A stretch of 64,000 nucleotides of DNA from Eledone cirrhosa (GCA_964016885.1 OZ024743.1:355508001-355572000), one strand, 5' to 3'. Positions 24,007 to 39,300 are shown, counted from the first letter of the stretch. Notes: generated by a model not told the origin, from the sequence alone. Translations and numbers: made by a program.

Positions 24007-24961
24007 ATACTGTGATCCTAACAATGTTATTTAAATATTACATCACCATACATTTATAGTGAACGTATTAGTGATTATTTGGACAACTTCACTATAATTT
24101 GTCATGCCAATATTTTATTAAGATCTCCCAGTTTATATACAGCTTCATTTAGAAGCGAACTGGATGATGAAACGACCCGGTCATCCGTTGGTTGATTATT
24201 CATTAATATGTTGCTTATCTGGGAAAATAAAGAAAATGTTTGAAAAATAAAAGAGCATTTATGTTTCAATCTTTGTGCAACAACTATGACCGCTTTACAG
24301 CTTCTTTTTTTCTACCCGGCCCAGCTGCACACCGAGAATTCTACAAATACCCGTATGTCTAATCTATCTTTGCCTTTATTTCATAATAAAGACATGAGAC
24401 AAAGAAAACCTGTAAGTTTTAATTCGGTCTTTTTATTTTAAGATCTTTAAAATGACTGATCTATGTGTTACCCATTGAAATACAAGCGGGCTAGAAAAGA
24501 AAAGAAAACCTCATGAAGATTTCAATCATGCGCTCCCCTACATCATCGAAATATTTCGTCATTCTTCTACACTTTTTGGTGAAATTCATCAGGTGAGAAT
24601 TTAAAGAATATTTTGTAATACTCCGGTTGTGTGTGTAAGATACCGGCAAAGATAGGCGCCTCTGAACTCTACGTTTCCATAGAGCGATGGGAACAGCTTG
24701 TCAACCAAGCAAAAATTGTGTCCATCCACACCTTACTTGTTATATGCACTATGCTCTTGCTGTTTACATGATTCCTGTTTATTGATTGTTCATATTCGGA
24801 TTTGGATTGGCTGTATGGTGAACAAGTTCCCTCCGCAATCACGTGTTTCCATTGTTAATTCCACTGCGCGACACATTGGAAGTATCTTCTATGCAGTTAC
24901 CTGTTAATCATTGCTTTCTGACACACACACACGTATGTACCTGCACACACACACGCGCACA

Positions 24962-25021
<60 letters not shown>

Positions 25022-25163
25022 ACGAAGCAATTGTGGTAAGGAACTAGATGGACCATAACGCACCAAAGTACTCAATACTTAGGGTAGTAGAGTGGGTAAT
25101 AGGAACAAGTATGACCCCGACGGCAGAGCTCAAGCCGTTTCGACGGCTATTTCTGAACCAGAA

Positions 25164-25645
25164 ATATATATTGGTAAACGGAATAGAAAATGCTGACAAA
25201 TTGTTCACAATTGAAAAATGGTTTAATTAGGAATAAAAGAGTATTAGTGATTGTATGGGTTAGTATTCAGTTGCGGTTTTAAGTTTTTAAGTTTTTACCG
25301 GTTCCGCATTTCTAAATGCTTTTCAAAAATAATTTTGAGATAGAGTGTCCGTGCTGTTTGCTCTGATCTGATTAGTTTTGGGAATTCTACCTGTTTTTAT
25401 GTTTAAAAAGTGGCTCCAGCGTTACTTTGGTGTTGCAAAATTTCTTGTGGTCAAAACAATTTTGATTGGTCGGTAGAGGTCATGTGAGTGTAAAAAATTG
25501 ATTTTGCGCCAAGACTGTTTTTATGTTAAAAAAGTGGCTCCAGCAACAATTCTTGTGGTCAAAACAATTTTGATTGGTCGGTAGAGGTCATGTGAATAAA
25601 AAATTGGTTTTGCGCTAAGATTGAGAAATGACTCTTTCACAACAA

Positions 25646-25734
<89 letters not shown>

Positions 25735-25814
25735 TATGTGTGTAGTAGTAGTAGTAAGGTGTTCGATGTTGTGATAATGGTTAGCAGCGATGTGTGTCAA
25801 ATGGCTATTGAGAT

Positions 25815-25867
<53 letters not shown>

Positions 25868-26801
25868 GCAGAGTAATTCGTGGTGGCAGGGATGGTCAGT
25901 AAGAATGTGTCTGAAAGCAATGGGGGGTGTTTTAGCATGTCAATACATTGATGCATTGATGCATTGACAAATTGATAGCAAATCAAAGAACTTACATAGA
26001 TGGTAAAAATTCCGAGATTTCAATATTCTATACAGCTGTTTCGGGAGTGAAAGGGAAATGGTAAATAGAAAGAACCATGAGATGAAAAACTCAATAGTCA
26101 ATAGAAAATTATCTTACTAAAGGCATTATAGACGACCAATCACCATAGTGAGGAACGTAATAATATGCGGAAAGAGGCAGGCCAAAGAGAATGTTAGAAA
26201 TAGCAAGTCATTTGGTCTGAAACTTGCTTTATGTTTTTTCTTTAGCAATGAATCTATGTATACATATATATATATATATATATAGTTAAAAGAATAGAGG
26301 TGTAACACACAAGTTATTATATATTGGTAAACGGAATAGAAAATGCTGACAAATTGTTCACAGTTGAAAAATGGTTTAATTAGGAATAAAAGAGTATTAG
26401 TGATTGTATGGGTTAGTATTCAGTTGTGGTTTTAAGTTTTTAAGTTTTTACCGGTTGCGCATTTCTAAATGCTTTTCAAAAATAATTTTGAGATAGAGTG
26501 TCCGTGCTGTTTGCTCTGATCTGATTAGTTTTGGGAATTCTACCTGTTTTTATGTTAAAAAAATGGCTCCAGCGTTATTTTTGTGTTGCAAAAATGCTTG
26601 TGGTCAAAACAATTTTGATTGGTCGGTAGAGGTCATGTGAATGTAAAAAGTTGATTTTGCGCCAAGACTTTTTATGTTAAAATGTTAGAAAAGTGGCTCC
26701 AGCAAAAATTATGGTCAAAACAATTTTGATTGGTCGGTAGAGGTCATGTGGATAAAAAATTGGTTTTGCGCCAAGATTGAGAAATGACTCTTTCACAACA
26801 A

Positions 26802-26870
<69 letters not shown>

Positions 26871-26942
26871 TAGTAGTAGTAGTAAGGTGTTCGATGCTGC
26901 GACAATAGCCACCAGCGATGTGTGTCAAATGGCTATTAAGAT

Positions 26943-26988
<46 letters not shown>

Positions 26989-27012
26989 ACATACACACAG
27001 CAGAGTCATTCG
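25164..27012 (+). repeat. Local direct duplication (~25164-25880 and ~26318-27012) with internal ~90-120 bp subrepeats
   Basis: Near-identical text from atatattggtaaacggaatagaaaatgctgac to cagagt.attcg, offset ~1.15 kb. Confidence 0.88.
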
Positions 27013-27276
27013 AAGGTCAAAAGATATTTTTCAGCTTTTGTCTTATACGGAGAAGTGCGTGTGTGTGTGTGTGTGTATAAGTCTCTTTGTATGTTGATGT
27101 ACGCGTGTGTATGTGTTTGTGTATACATGTGTGTGTGTGTGTGTGTGCGTGCGTGGGTGGACCAGTATTTTTTTCCCCCCTGGTAAAATGGTGTACATTA
27201 TTCGATTTTTTCAGTAAAATCGGTTCTCTTAATAGAACATCAACAATCTTAACAATAAAAGGTGTGAAATGATATT

Positions 27277-27327
<51 letters not shown>

Positions 27328-27609
27328 CTGTGTGTGTGTGTGGATGGTAAGAATCGATCCTATAACAACTTTAATCTCAGGTCTTCTCGTGCCATTGCGC
27401 CTATATAATTGTACAAACATAATGTGTGGATAGCTTTGTCTGGACAATTTCTTACTCTTGTGTTGTGTTGCTGCTCCTATTGAAAAATCTTAAATTTTAT
27501 ATTAGTAGGGATGACTTTAGGTTCTAACAGTGACTACCTGTAGCGCTTTGATTAACTTATTCTCTTATCAGACAATATGATTAATAATTTCACGTATTAA
27601 TCAATATTA

Positions 27610-27665
<56 letters not shown>

Positions 27666-27749
27666 CTTAAGAAAATTAACAAAGAGAGGACAATACAACG
27701 AACGGAAACAAAACAAAACGGAAACATTTTTCATGGGGGAAACCTTATA

Positions 27750-27824
27750 AAATTATTTCTTTTTAAATGATAGACAGATATATATATATATATATATCTG
27801 TCTATCATTTAAAATGAAATAATT

Positions 27825-27826
<2 letters not shown>
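27750..27826. repeat. Palindrome centred on (TA)n
   Basis: aaattatttc.ttttaaatgatagacagat(at)n atctgtctatcatttaaaa.gaaataattt. Confidence 0.9.
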
Positions 27827-27856
<30 letters not shown>

Positions 27857-28059
27857 TTTTTTTTCCCTGAGTTCAGTCTTTTTCGTGGCTATGGTCACTG
27901 CGGCCCTTTTATCGGTCGCTGTATTCATTTTGCAAAGCTGTCTAAACGTAATGTTAGAACTCTAGCGTTATATACCCTATCCGAGTGGTTAGCTACACAC
28001 CGAAACTGCATTCGTTAGCTTGGCTGGAACCATGGTTTCGTTGATATTGTACTAAATTT

Positions 28060-28111
<52 letters not shown>

Positions 28112-28269
28112 GATGGCGTAGGACAGAACAAAGGAGAGGCACAAAAACAAAGAAAAGAATCCCCAGTCTGTGAAGAGGTCACAGAATGTGTGACGAAAGA
28201 ACTTTGACAATATATGAACAACCGTCCTGTTATGGAACCAACCAACCAACCGGAAATTTATAAATTCTT

Positions 28270-29640
28270 AAATTTGTAAATTTAATTTATTTAATTGGAG
28301 TGAAAGCAGCTGGTGCGTGTGTTTCTTATTGGCAACATGACCCTCCCAAAGCATAACAATATCGGTTTCAACACACGTTTTCAGATAAAGAATCTTGCTA
28401 AACAAATTCAGAAACGAAATATATATATATACATATATACATACATATATATATACATATTTTGTAATACAATATATATATATACATACATATGTGTATA
28501 TATATATATGTATGTACTCTACCACACACACACACACACACTCATACCCAAATACGCACACACACACCAGTACATTACACACACTCATACTGTCCCCAGC
28601 ATCTTCTCTCTCTCTCTCCGCACAACCCCCCCCCCCACCCCCACCCACCCACACACATCCCACTAACACCTCCACTAATATACACACAAACTCCCCACAC
28701 ACAGCCCATCCCCTCCCCTATCCACCGCACCTCCGCGCACACATACATACATTCCACACCACATACAGACCATCTCTAACACCCGTCCGTCTGCCTTCCT
28801 CCCTACCACTGCCTGTCTGTCACCTTCCTGCTGCTATCTCCCCCCCCCCCCACACACACACCCTACGCCTTGCCTTGACCCTCTGACCACTTCCTGTTGC
28901 GCGCGCACCACACAACTCTCTACTTCCTCCACACCATACCAAGGATTCTGCACCACTGGTCCACCGCTCCAGGCATCCACCCTACTATACTCGGAATTTT
29001 CCACATCTATTCCTTTACTCCGCGAGTAAACATTCAGGAACACACACACACACACAAACACTATTTTCGCACACACGCAACCATTCATCAACACCACACA
29101 AACACACACACACACGTGCGTATCCTCACATACACACACTCGGCCTCCGGCCTCCGCATGCCCCCTCTCCCCAACTTCCTCTGACCCCTCTCCATCCACA
29201 CGCACACACACACACCGACTTACACCCAATCCCATGTACACACCCGTTTCCCTATTACCCGAATTTGGAACCTCGTTCTTCCCCAAACTCTCATACTCAC
29301 ATCCCCACACATACACACACACGTACAACTACACACATACACACACACACCACCTTCCGCCCACTCGGAACCCCCCCCCCCCCCCCCACGCCTCACACCC
29401 TTTCACCACTTATTTCATTTTAATTTTTTTACCCTCTTCTTAATTGTTTTCCTCCCCCCTTTTAATGTCTTTCCACCACTCCCCCTCACATCCTCGGAAC
29501 TCTTTTCCTGCCCACTTTTCTCCTGATGAAGGGCTTATGTCCGAAACGACGTCCCCCCACCTCCACTCTCAAGCGTGAACCTTATACTAACACTTTGTAT
29601 TGCACTCTTCGCTTTGTTTTTGTTTTCTGTTTTAACTATA
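28270..29640 (+). mobile_element. Possible highly decayed Penelope-like element remnant
   Basis: C/A-rich strand; TIPRILHHW...ILGIF resembles the PLE linker after RT; ends in CTGATGA-agggcttatgtcc-GAAAC-gac-GTC at 29523-29553. Confidence 0.35.
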
Positions 29641-29736
29641 ATTGTTTCTACTTTAGGCACAAGGCCAGCAATTACCCAGTGCATTACTGGTACTTTATTT
29701 TATCGACCCCGTAAGGATGAAAGGCAAAGTCAACCT
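29640..29736 (-). mobile_element. tRNA-derived SINE, 5'-truncated
   Basis: Reverse complement of the 3' half of 38675-38859. Confidence 0.85.
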
Positions 29737-30150
29737 ATATAAGTATTGAAGTTTCCGTTGAAAATTGTAAAAGTCATAGGAATGAAGAGTGCTCTATGTA
29801 AGTTACAGAGCTAAATATTTAATGTATAATAAACAATACAGTATAATTACCTCATTACCAGAGGTTTCCCGAATAAGACGAATATATATATATATATATA
29901 CGATGGTTGCTAGACACTACGGCTTAATACGGGATGTTTGTTTACAAACACACCGAGTATTATAATAAATGTTCGGTGAATCCATACGTACATATATATA
30001 TGTGTGCATGTATGTATATATATATATACATACTACTGTACGTCTGTATACATATATGTATGTACGTGTACATACTTATATTTAAGTAACAGCCGTACTA
30101 AGAGTGGGAAATGAAATTTCGTTTCATTTTTTCCGTTTATATATATATAT

Positions 30151-30196
<46 letters not shown>

Positions 30197-30785
30197 GGGG
30201 GGGGGGGGGAGAAAGGCACACGCACAAAATAATTGATAAAATCCATCCCACTGGCACCTTTCAATTATCTTCTGTTATCTCCTTTTATTTGTGTATGACG
30301 TATTTGGCGCGCGTATTTCGCTAGGGGAAACGGGGAAAATCATTAATGCAATATAAAATAATAAATAGATAATAAAACTATCTATTGATACTACAATATT
30401 TTGTCTACATAGGAAAAATCATAGTATATTTGCCTATGAGTAGGATAACAAGAATATTCTGTGTACCTGATTTTTTAACCTGTCCCAGGCCTAGAGATGC
30501 ATTATTCTGGAGCTTATCCTGGTTTTATGAGGCGTTAAATGGCTTAGAATATAAAGTTCGTCCCACCCTTCAGTGGAAACTAATCTATCGCAGGAGTATC
30601 ACCTAACTACTTCTGCTGGTTCTCATTTCTTTAACTTATTAGACGAGAACAATTTTAAATTAAATAACTCGCTCAAGAACTCAACGTAAAACCCAGTCCG
30701 AGAGTCGACACCCCTCACTATTATTTCAAATTCGTGAGAACAGCATCTTAACCACCATGGTGTAAAGAAAATTCAAATATACCCA

Positions 30786-30901
30786 ATAATTGTGTCTACT
30801 TTTGGCACACGGCCAGCAATATCCCAGTGCATTACTGGTACTTTATTTTATCGACCCCGTAAGGATGAAGGGCAAAGTTAACCTCGGCGAGATTTGAACC
30901 C
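30786..30901 (-). mobile_element. tRNA-derived SINE, 5'-truncated, with TSD
   Basis: Same family; TSD TATACCCAATAAT at 30778-30790 and 30902-30914. Confidence 0.9.
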
Positions 30902-31562
30902 TATACCCAATAATGTAACAATAACGGCAGTATTAAACTTTGCTAGGAAAAATCAGAATCGAACTCAAACATTTTAATCCCGTCTGCTCCATTCCGTGCT
31001 AAATAATTGCCATTTCATTAACTGTTACTGCAATATTTCAAAGCTAGCAATTCTTCGGTGTATATCGATGAGTGAGAATTCAAAGGAAAATTATACAGAC
31101 TTATTACAGTCCTTGAAGTTACTCCGCCGTCCATAAAATATATTAACCACAACTTTATATCAACAGAACAACAATATACGAACAGAATGTGATTACATAA
31201 ACTGCCTTACAAATAGAAAATTATTGGTAAATGTCGTCTGTCCGCGGGGCTTGGTAGATCTTAATGAAAACCATCACAATAAATGGTCCATTAAAAATTA
31301 CGTTAAACTCAGAGACTCCAAGACAAATGGAAGGAAATATTTCTGGAATTTTCGTTAATCTTAATAATTAACTTCCTAAATCGAATACAACACGTAATAA
31401 TTCGGATAGCTTTATATGATATCCTCGAGGGATTCAATTCAATACATACGATGAAATTGTCAATCGACATAAAAGCAAGTACGTACACATACACATACAC
31501 TTGTGTGTGTGTTTTTTGTGTGTGTATGATGCTGCTCAATGACATGCATATGTATTGTGATG

Positions 31563-31594
<32 letters not shown>

Positions 31595-33208
31595 ATAAGT
31601 GTGTGTATGTATGTATATATATATATATATAAATGGATACAAACAGAGCATCAACCATATACAACGTAGATAGAACACAAATACAAAAATAGACACATTT
31701 GTACTTACTTGTGTACACGGAACGAAATATTGAAGCATAAACATGTATGCCTACAGATATACGCAGTAACAGAGATACATATAAATGTTTGCCTGCACAG
31801 AGGGAGTTAACTACTGTGAAGTACACAACCATATAAAAATAAACAGTAGCTAAAGAAGAAGCCACTACATTTCAATTTGACCTACAAAATATAATTAATG
31901 AAGCTGTCTATCTAATATTTCAACTTACTGTTTTAAAAAAGGGAGAAGGAATCTCTTTTAAAATGTGACATTGTAATACAAATTTTCTACAGACAAAACT
32001 GCCTCGATAAAAGTCTGAATGATCATGATCGAAGCAGACATGCTATCTCGTCTTTGATTATAAGACCTCTGGATAAAAACTAAGCAACAGGCTCGACTGA
32101 AATTAGTTTAGTAACTTACTGTTTAAATATGAATTTAAAAAAAGAAACCATCGTGATATTAAACTTTATTCCAAAATTAATACACGGGCAATTCATGTAA
32201 ATATTTATATTGTTCCATTAAATGTTCGGAATACCGCCTGATCGAAAGCACCCTATTATTTTATTCTTTCTAATCAGTAAGCTAATAATGTACCACTCTG
32301 TATAAATGGATATATTGGATATGTACTTCTGGCTGCATTGCTTTGGAGAAACAAAGGTAAATATCACTAGTAAAATATATTTTCCCATACATATTCTCTA
32401 TCGGGGCATGCCTGGGGCTAAACAACTATGTGGAGAGTATCTACGTGTCGTGGTCAGTTGACCTGAAAGAACCAACAGCCAAATCGTCCTCAAAATAAGC
32501 CCTGCTATCTTGAAAAAAGGAAGGATGCATCTAGATGGGACAGTCACGGCTGATAAGCTTTTATTAATAAGTCTGCTCTGCTTGATCAGAATTGACTTGA
32601 GGTGTAAACAAACAGCAATATCCACAGCAGAAACAGTAAAACAACAACAACATTAAAAGCAACAACAACATAGGTTCATTCCTGAAATGATCCGATCATA
32701 TCAAAATTGAAAGTAGACGAAATCTCTCATAATATGGCCGTAGATCCTGTTCAGTTTTACGGACCACTTATTTAAGGATATCAACAATATAGCTGAAAGG
32801 AAAGACGTTAATGGAAATATATAACGCCCGCCCTCTTTTCTATGCTCATGTTAGCCTACAGTTATAGCCTTCAGAGCGAACCTGCTGTTATGGTTAAGCC
32901 TTATTTGGTTCAATGACCGAGTTGAGTTTAAGTTGATCGCGAAGTTATTGTTAAGTTAGGATTAAAGACTTTTCCAAGAGGTTAAGATATCAAAATTAAT
33001 TATTTGTGAAAATTAATATATCGACTAATGTTCATATAAATGAGTTTTATTTCATAGCGGCAGACTTCGGTTTATGAAGCAGCCGAGAGGAAGGAATGTG
33101 TGGTGGGAGGAGTGAGTGTGCGTTAATATATGTGGCTGTGTACATGTGTGAATGTGTGCACATCTGTTTATGTGTGTAGACAGACAACAGTTGATATAAA
33201 CGGATGTG

Positions 33209-33257
<49 letters not shown>

Positions 33258-33270
33258 GTATATATATATG

Positions 33271-33331
<61 letters not shown>

Positions 33332-33417
33332 ATGCGTGTATGTGTGCGTGTGTATGTTTGTATCTATATGCGAGACTGTCTATATGTTTGTGAGCAGATT
33401 TGTGTTGATGTCAATGC

Positions 33418-33458
<41 letters not shown>

Positions 33459-33612
33459 TGTGAATCAATGTACATTTATATCTGTATCATGTGAGTGTGT
33501 AGGTGGTGTATTAATGTAAATTTATGTTCTTATATATGGCTATACATACATACATACATACATACATACATACATACATACATACATTTATACATACATA
33601 CATACATTTATA

Positions 33613-34630
33613 CATGGTGGCTGCCAACTCGTTTTCGAGTACGGCCACTACTTTATATCCATGTAGGAGAACCACTACCGATGCGCTGAACGAGTGTGAC
33701 TTTTTAGTCCAGCCAGCGACTTGAAAACTCTGGTACAAACACTACACTTGTGACAATTATTGACACATAGTGCTTTACCTTTGGTACCATGTGACGACAA
33801 GTGCAGAGAGATCTCCAGATACAAAGCAATGCCTGTGCCGTGAAGCTTTTATAGTGAGCAAAGGCACTGCACAAAGCCAGTCCCACTCTCTTAACCAAGA
33901 TGATATTTACCAAAAAGAAGAACAAGTCAACATACATACATACATTTATACATACATACATACATTTATACATACATACATTTATACATACATACATACA
34001 TTTATACATACATGCATACATGGTGGCTGCCAACTCGTTTTCGAGTACGGCCACTACTTTATATCCATGTAGGAGAACCCCTACCGATGCGCTGAACGAA
34101 TGTGACTTTTTAGTCCAGCCAGCGACTTGAAAACTCTGGTACAAAGGCTACACTTGTGACCATTATTGACACATAGTGCAGGGCCCATGGTACCATGTGA
34201 TGACAAGTGCAGAGAGATCTCCAGATATAAAGCAATGCCTGTGCCGTGAAGCTTTTATAGTGAGCAAAGGCACTGCACAAAGCCAGTCCCACTCTCTTAA
34301 CCAAGATGATATTTACCAAAAAGATGAACAAGTCAACATCATTGGATACCATCAGAGTTGCAGGTGTTATATCAGAGTTTTCCTTCTCCTAGAATTCTGC
34401 CTTGACAAAGGCTAAGGGGTCATCTCTCCCGGTGATTTTGGATGGCTATTGACTCTTAAGAGCTCCCTTGCCCTTTGACAGGTTTTGTTTTTAGTCCTGC
34501 AGGATGTCCAAAGTCACCCTCCTCACCAAGAAACCTTGGTGGGGGTTGCCAGTTTAGTCGCCAACGACCCGACCATGAGACAGGTTGTACTTGGATACAT
34601 GTTACCAGTAGCACCAACTGGTGACCTGAC
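33613..34630 (-). mobile_element. Bipartite non-autonomous RTE derivative: complete copy (34019-34630) plus tandem 3' partial copy (33613-33932), in (ACAT)n
   Basis: Duplicated text; ..RVFKSLAGLKSHTRSAHR*-type ORF end; 3' hairpin actcg-aaaa-cgagt; (TATG)n tail. Confidence 0.75.
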
Positions 34631-35043
34631 ATATACATACATTTATACATACATACATATATGTGTGTATGTATGCATTTCAACAAAGCATGGAGGAGGA
34701 AAAAACAGGGGAGAGCACTCTTCATGAAGTGTAAATACTCAAATAGTCTCGCAGTCTAAATATGGTGAGGTGGGGTAAAGACTTCAATAAACTAAAACAT
34801 TCCTCTCAATTTCAATAATGAAACTCGTTTTAGAAGTGTTCAGGTAATGAGTAGCAAGTGAGGGTGAGAACTCTTATAGCTTGGACTCTACCGCATCATT
34901 TGGAACAATGTGAGTGGACCTTGTCTATAAGCCAGCTTGCTGAGAGCAACGGAAATATTCCTGTCTTCATAGATCTCGTCAGCGACGTATATTACTTATC
35001 AAGTTGGCTGGACTAGAAGGGTCCGTTAAGGATAATAGGAAAT

Positions 35044-35274
35044 GTTTCTAAATAATTATTTCTATTTTAGGTACAAGGCCTGCAATTTGAAGGGGGTGGG
35101 GAAGGGAAAGTCGATTAAATCGAACCCAGTGCGTGACTGGTACTTTATTTTATCGACCCCGTAAGGGTGAATGGCAAAGTTAACCTCGGCGAGATTTGAA
35201 CTCAGAACGTAAAGGACCGAAACTCTATACCACGAAGGAGGGTGTCCGATGCTCTACCGATTCTGCCGATCCAC
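35044..35274 (-). mobile_element. tRNA-derived SINE (long-tail variant)
   Basis: Head ggatcggcagaatcggtagag, B box gagttcaaatc, core tttgccattcacccttacggggtcgataaaataaagtaccag. Confidence 0.9.
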
Positions 35275-36359
35275 AAGGGCCAGCATATAGGGGACAATAC
35301 AAAAGACGGGGACAGCGGGGGTTTAAAATAGAATCGAATAAAAAAGATAACGATAAATTATATAACAATAAAATTCCTCAATAGGGGGAGTACCATCCAG
35401 GGGCGACTCATGGACCTCACTAATCTTAAACCACCCAACTCTCCAAGAGCACCCTAAAAGGGCGCCTCTCTTCTCTCCAAACTAGCCAGCCTACAGGCAC
35501 ATAGTCATAGTAGGCCCATGCACACGAGACATTCTCGCTACATTCACTCACCTTTTCACAAATGAACTGGGGGCAGCATTTCCCTCTCCACCCTCAACTT
35601 CCTTTCCAAGTGTGACTTGAAAAAGTTAATGAGCGATTGGCCGAAGAGGAAGGTGTCTGCCTTGTCCTTTCAGTCGTGTCTACCACACACCCTATTTCGT
35701 TACAGCCACCAGACAGAGGAAAATTGCTTGCCATTGCCGGCCAAATGAAGGCGGCAGGGTGATCTTCACTATGGACTCAGTCGATATCCGGATCCCTCCT
35801 ACACGTGATAATAACTGTTCGACAAAACTCCACAAATCAGTTATGTACGAACACTGCATGAGTGCGAGCATAACGGTTTTGTCGTTCTGTGCGCATCTCA
35901 GCCAGGTCCATCTGACAGCAATTCCGTGCCTGTAGGATTTATCTCGAACCGGCAGTGACCCCCGGTAACACTGCCAAGCTATGGATTTCTGGAAGTTTTC
36001 CCTAGTCCCCTGCTCGAAGGTTCTCCGGAACAGACTGGTCATTTCGATTTTTCATCGACGCCCAGAGCCTCAACCGAGAACGTCGTCGCACTAGTCTCCC
36101 ACTCGTCCTCTATAGAACTTCCACTGATTACAATGTCCGACTGGTAGAGGACAGCAAGCGCCTGGCAGTATTCAAGCGTGGCTCCCAGTATTGGTCTTCA
36201 CCGTTTATGAATATCTGGAGATGCTGTAGCCTCAGCGCCTATTTGCACATCATCAGACACGGAATGCTCAGCTCTCCGCTTAGAGGGTACTAGTAAAAGA
36301 TGAACCTGTTCCTTCCACAAGAGTAAGCGCTCAAGTAAGGTGAGACGTGGACGGAGGCA
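35271..36359 (-). mobile_element. 5'-truncated Tx1-clade LINE 3' fragment (family C)
   Basis: FQKSIAWQCYRGSLPVRDK, RPRLTLLERLL; 3' UTR motifs shared with the other Tx1 copies. Confidence 0.85.
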
Positions 36360-39300
36360 ATCTAAATTTCTTAGAAGCATTATTGGGACTCTAACCTTCA
36401 GGAAGAGTTTATATGGAGGAATTCCATGTGGCTCAAGAAACTCTGTTGGGTAGTGGACAAGCTTGATTTTCACCAAGGACTGAATCAAATAATTTGTACA
36501 TCTTACTATTGGAATTTTATTCATTAGTTAATCCTTGTTACTGTCTCATTTTGGGGAGCATGAATTGCCTTTTCACACAACCATTTGTGTGAATTATAAT
36601 GATTATTAAGTCTGGAAATACCCTGTTCTTCAATTTAGCTGGCGAATCCACTATGATAGCAATATGAGCCAAGTTGATATAACCATTGCCATCAATTGGT
36701 ACTTAATTGAAGGAGTTGGGTTGAAAACTGTTCTGTACATTGGTTTCCGTGTAATAAAACCGGCATGTTAGTATTGAAGGAGGAATTTCTACTTTATTCC
36801 ATAGGTGCAAAGACTTAATGCAGGCTTTTATTTCATCAGCTCTCATTCCTCTGGAAATGGCTGGTAATGTCTCTCTGAAGTCTCCTGATAAAACTAATGT
36901 AACTCCTCCCATAGATTTATTGTTGCCTCTTATGTCTTGTAAGGTCTTATCAAGAGCTTCCATTGCACCTCTATCTGACATGGCGCATTCGCCCCAAATT
37001 ATCAGGTAACATTGGCACAACACTTTTGATGAACCTGAGCATGTGCTTATGTTACAAATTAGACTGTCATTTGTGACCAGGTTTAGAGATCATTTAGAAG
37101 CAGCACGAGCTCTTCGTCCTTCTGGGAGAAAGGTGGCAGCAATGCCAGACGATGCTACAGCAATTAGAATTCTTTTTTGTTGTTTTACCTTGGAGAGAAG
37201 CAATGCTGTTACAAATGTTTTACCTGTACAACCTGGAGCATCAAGAAAGAAAATTTCTCTGACTGACGAATTGATTTCATCTTATGCACAGAGCCAACTC
37301 TGTGATTTCATAATTTGTCTCTCTTGCAATCTCTCTAGAAGTTAAACCACTAATTTGACGGTTTGTTTTTGGCAGACCGGAACCAGACTCTTGCAAATGT
37401 TTGCCACCCATGGCCAAAACTAATCCTCAATTTCAATCAGTGCTTGTTTGAAAATTTCTTCACAGAACTGAATATTGGTATTTCTGTTTGCCTGTTGAAC
37501 TGCATACTTTAACCATGCCCTCTAGATGTTTCATCCAAAGCTGTAGGGGACTGCCAATTTGAAACATGTTCAGCATAATTGAAAAAAGATTACGGAATTT
37601 CCTTGGAGATGTGAAACTGATGCTTCAGTCAATGCAACGTCCCAATGATTATTATTTTCTAACAAGCCTTGTTGATAGCATGCTTCCCTATAAGTTTCAC
37701 ACGTGGCCTTTTACTCTCCTCAAATCTTGGAATGATTTGGGACCACTTACTTCATGCTCGAAGATCAGTTGTATGATGACTGGGTGCTCCTTATGAATTG
37801 GAAAATTGTAGATGCACCATACTGCCTCATTGCTACTTATATATCCTTCTTTCTCATAATGTGCAACTTCGTCGTTTTTATTTATCTGCTGACTGCCATT
37901 CTACATAAGAGTGTATGTTGCAGCATCTAAACCTTTGTTTATATATTTGCAAACATACTTAATGGATTTAACAGAACAGCAAAATTCAACATCGATATGG
38001 GCTTTGAACGTTTTTGTAAGAAAAGGACAGCATGGTACCACCCCACGATTGTCAATGATGAATTCGTGCCCGTTTCTCTTTTTTTTTCGGAGTGAATCTA
38101 CCATATCCAAGTTTTATTCTCCTGTAAATGGGGTGGCCATCATCTCCAGTTTGGATTTCTTGTATAGGGGGACGTGGGTAGTTCTTGGTACACTTATCAT
38201 CCCTTATGCATGGGAAGAATGGATTAATTGAAACACATGGCCCAGGAATCATCTGTGACTTAACGATTTCATGCAGAAAAGGATATCATGGAACTAAATC
38301 AAAATGTGGGCATACGACAATCTTCATTTTTTCCATTCAATTATGTACATGTCACATTTAATTGGTCCAAAGACTTAACCTTCTTTTAAGAGGTCCATCA
38401 GTTTTATGACTTTAAGTCTGATCACCCTAGCAATAATATCATAGCGATCTTTGGGTTCTTGATGATAATAAAGTTCACTCTTTATTTCATGCCACGTTAA
38501 GTTACATGTGAATTTAATAAAGAGGTTTGGACGACCATAGTGTCTGACATATGTAAGAGCATCTTCAGTAAGCTCATGCATATACCGAGGGCTTCCTGTG
38601 AAGCTTGATGGAAGAATGACACAAAGCTGTCCAATGTTTTCAGCAGCCAATCCTCCTTCATTATTGATTGAACCACGCGGTGGATTGGCAGTATCGGTAG
38701 AGGGTCGGACGCCATACTTTCCAGCATAGTTAGGTCCCTTTACGATCTGAGTTCAAATCCCGCCGAGGTTGACTTTGCCTTTCATCCTTACGGGGTCGAT
38801 AAAATAAAGTACCAGTAATGCACTGGGTAATTGCTGGCCTTGTGCCTAAAGTAGAAACAATTATTGATTGAACCTCTTGGTTGAATGTAGTCTGATGCAC
38901 CGACCTCCTTCTGATGTGTAATGTAAAGAAGCCCCTCTCTCTCTTATACATATCATCTGCAAACAAATTGCTGGGAGAGTACACAGTAATGATGAAGAAT
39001 ATTGCAGTCTTGTTCTTTTAAGATGAAAAGGTAAGCACAGAATTCCATGCAGCTTACTGTTTTCGTCATTTCAGGGGCTCTTGATTTAGGATCTGTTTGT
39101 ATGATACCACAGTGGTATCCATCTTGGCCAAATACACAGATTCATAGATACTGGAGTGCATGATATGATCGGTGAGTTTCATTTATCCGCTGCAGCTTAT
39201 TTCCTCTTACTTGAAAAGAATATCTCTCCTCCTATACTCCTTGTCAGTAATAATTGCTGCTACTTTATTTGCAGCAGGGACATTGTAGTGGTCTCTGTGT

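Noticed and set aside
34690-35030. Possible old LINE fragment or host exon
   Set aside because: No frame gave motifs I could support
38675-38770. tRNA gene
   Set aside because: A and B boxes are present but there is no cloverleaf; it continues into a repeated SINE body with TSD
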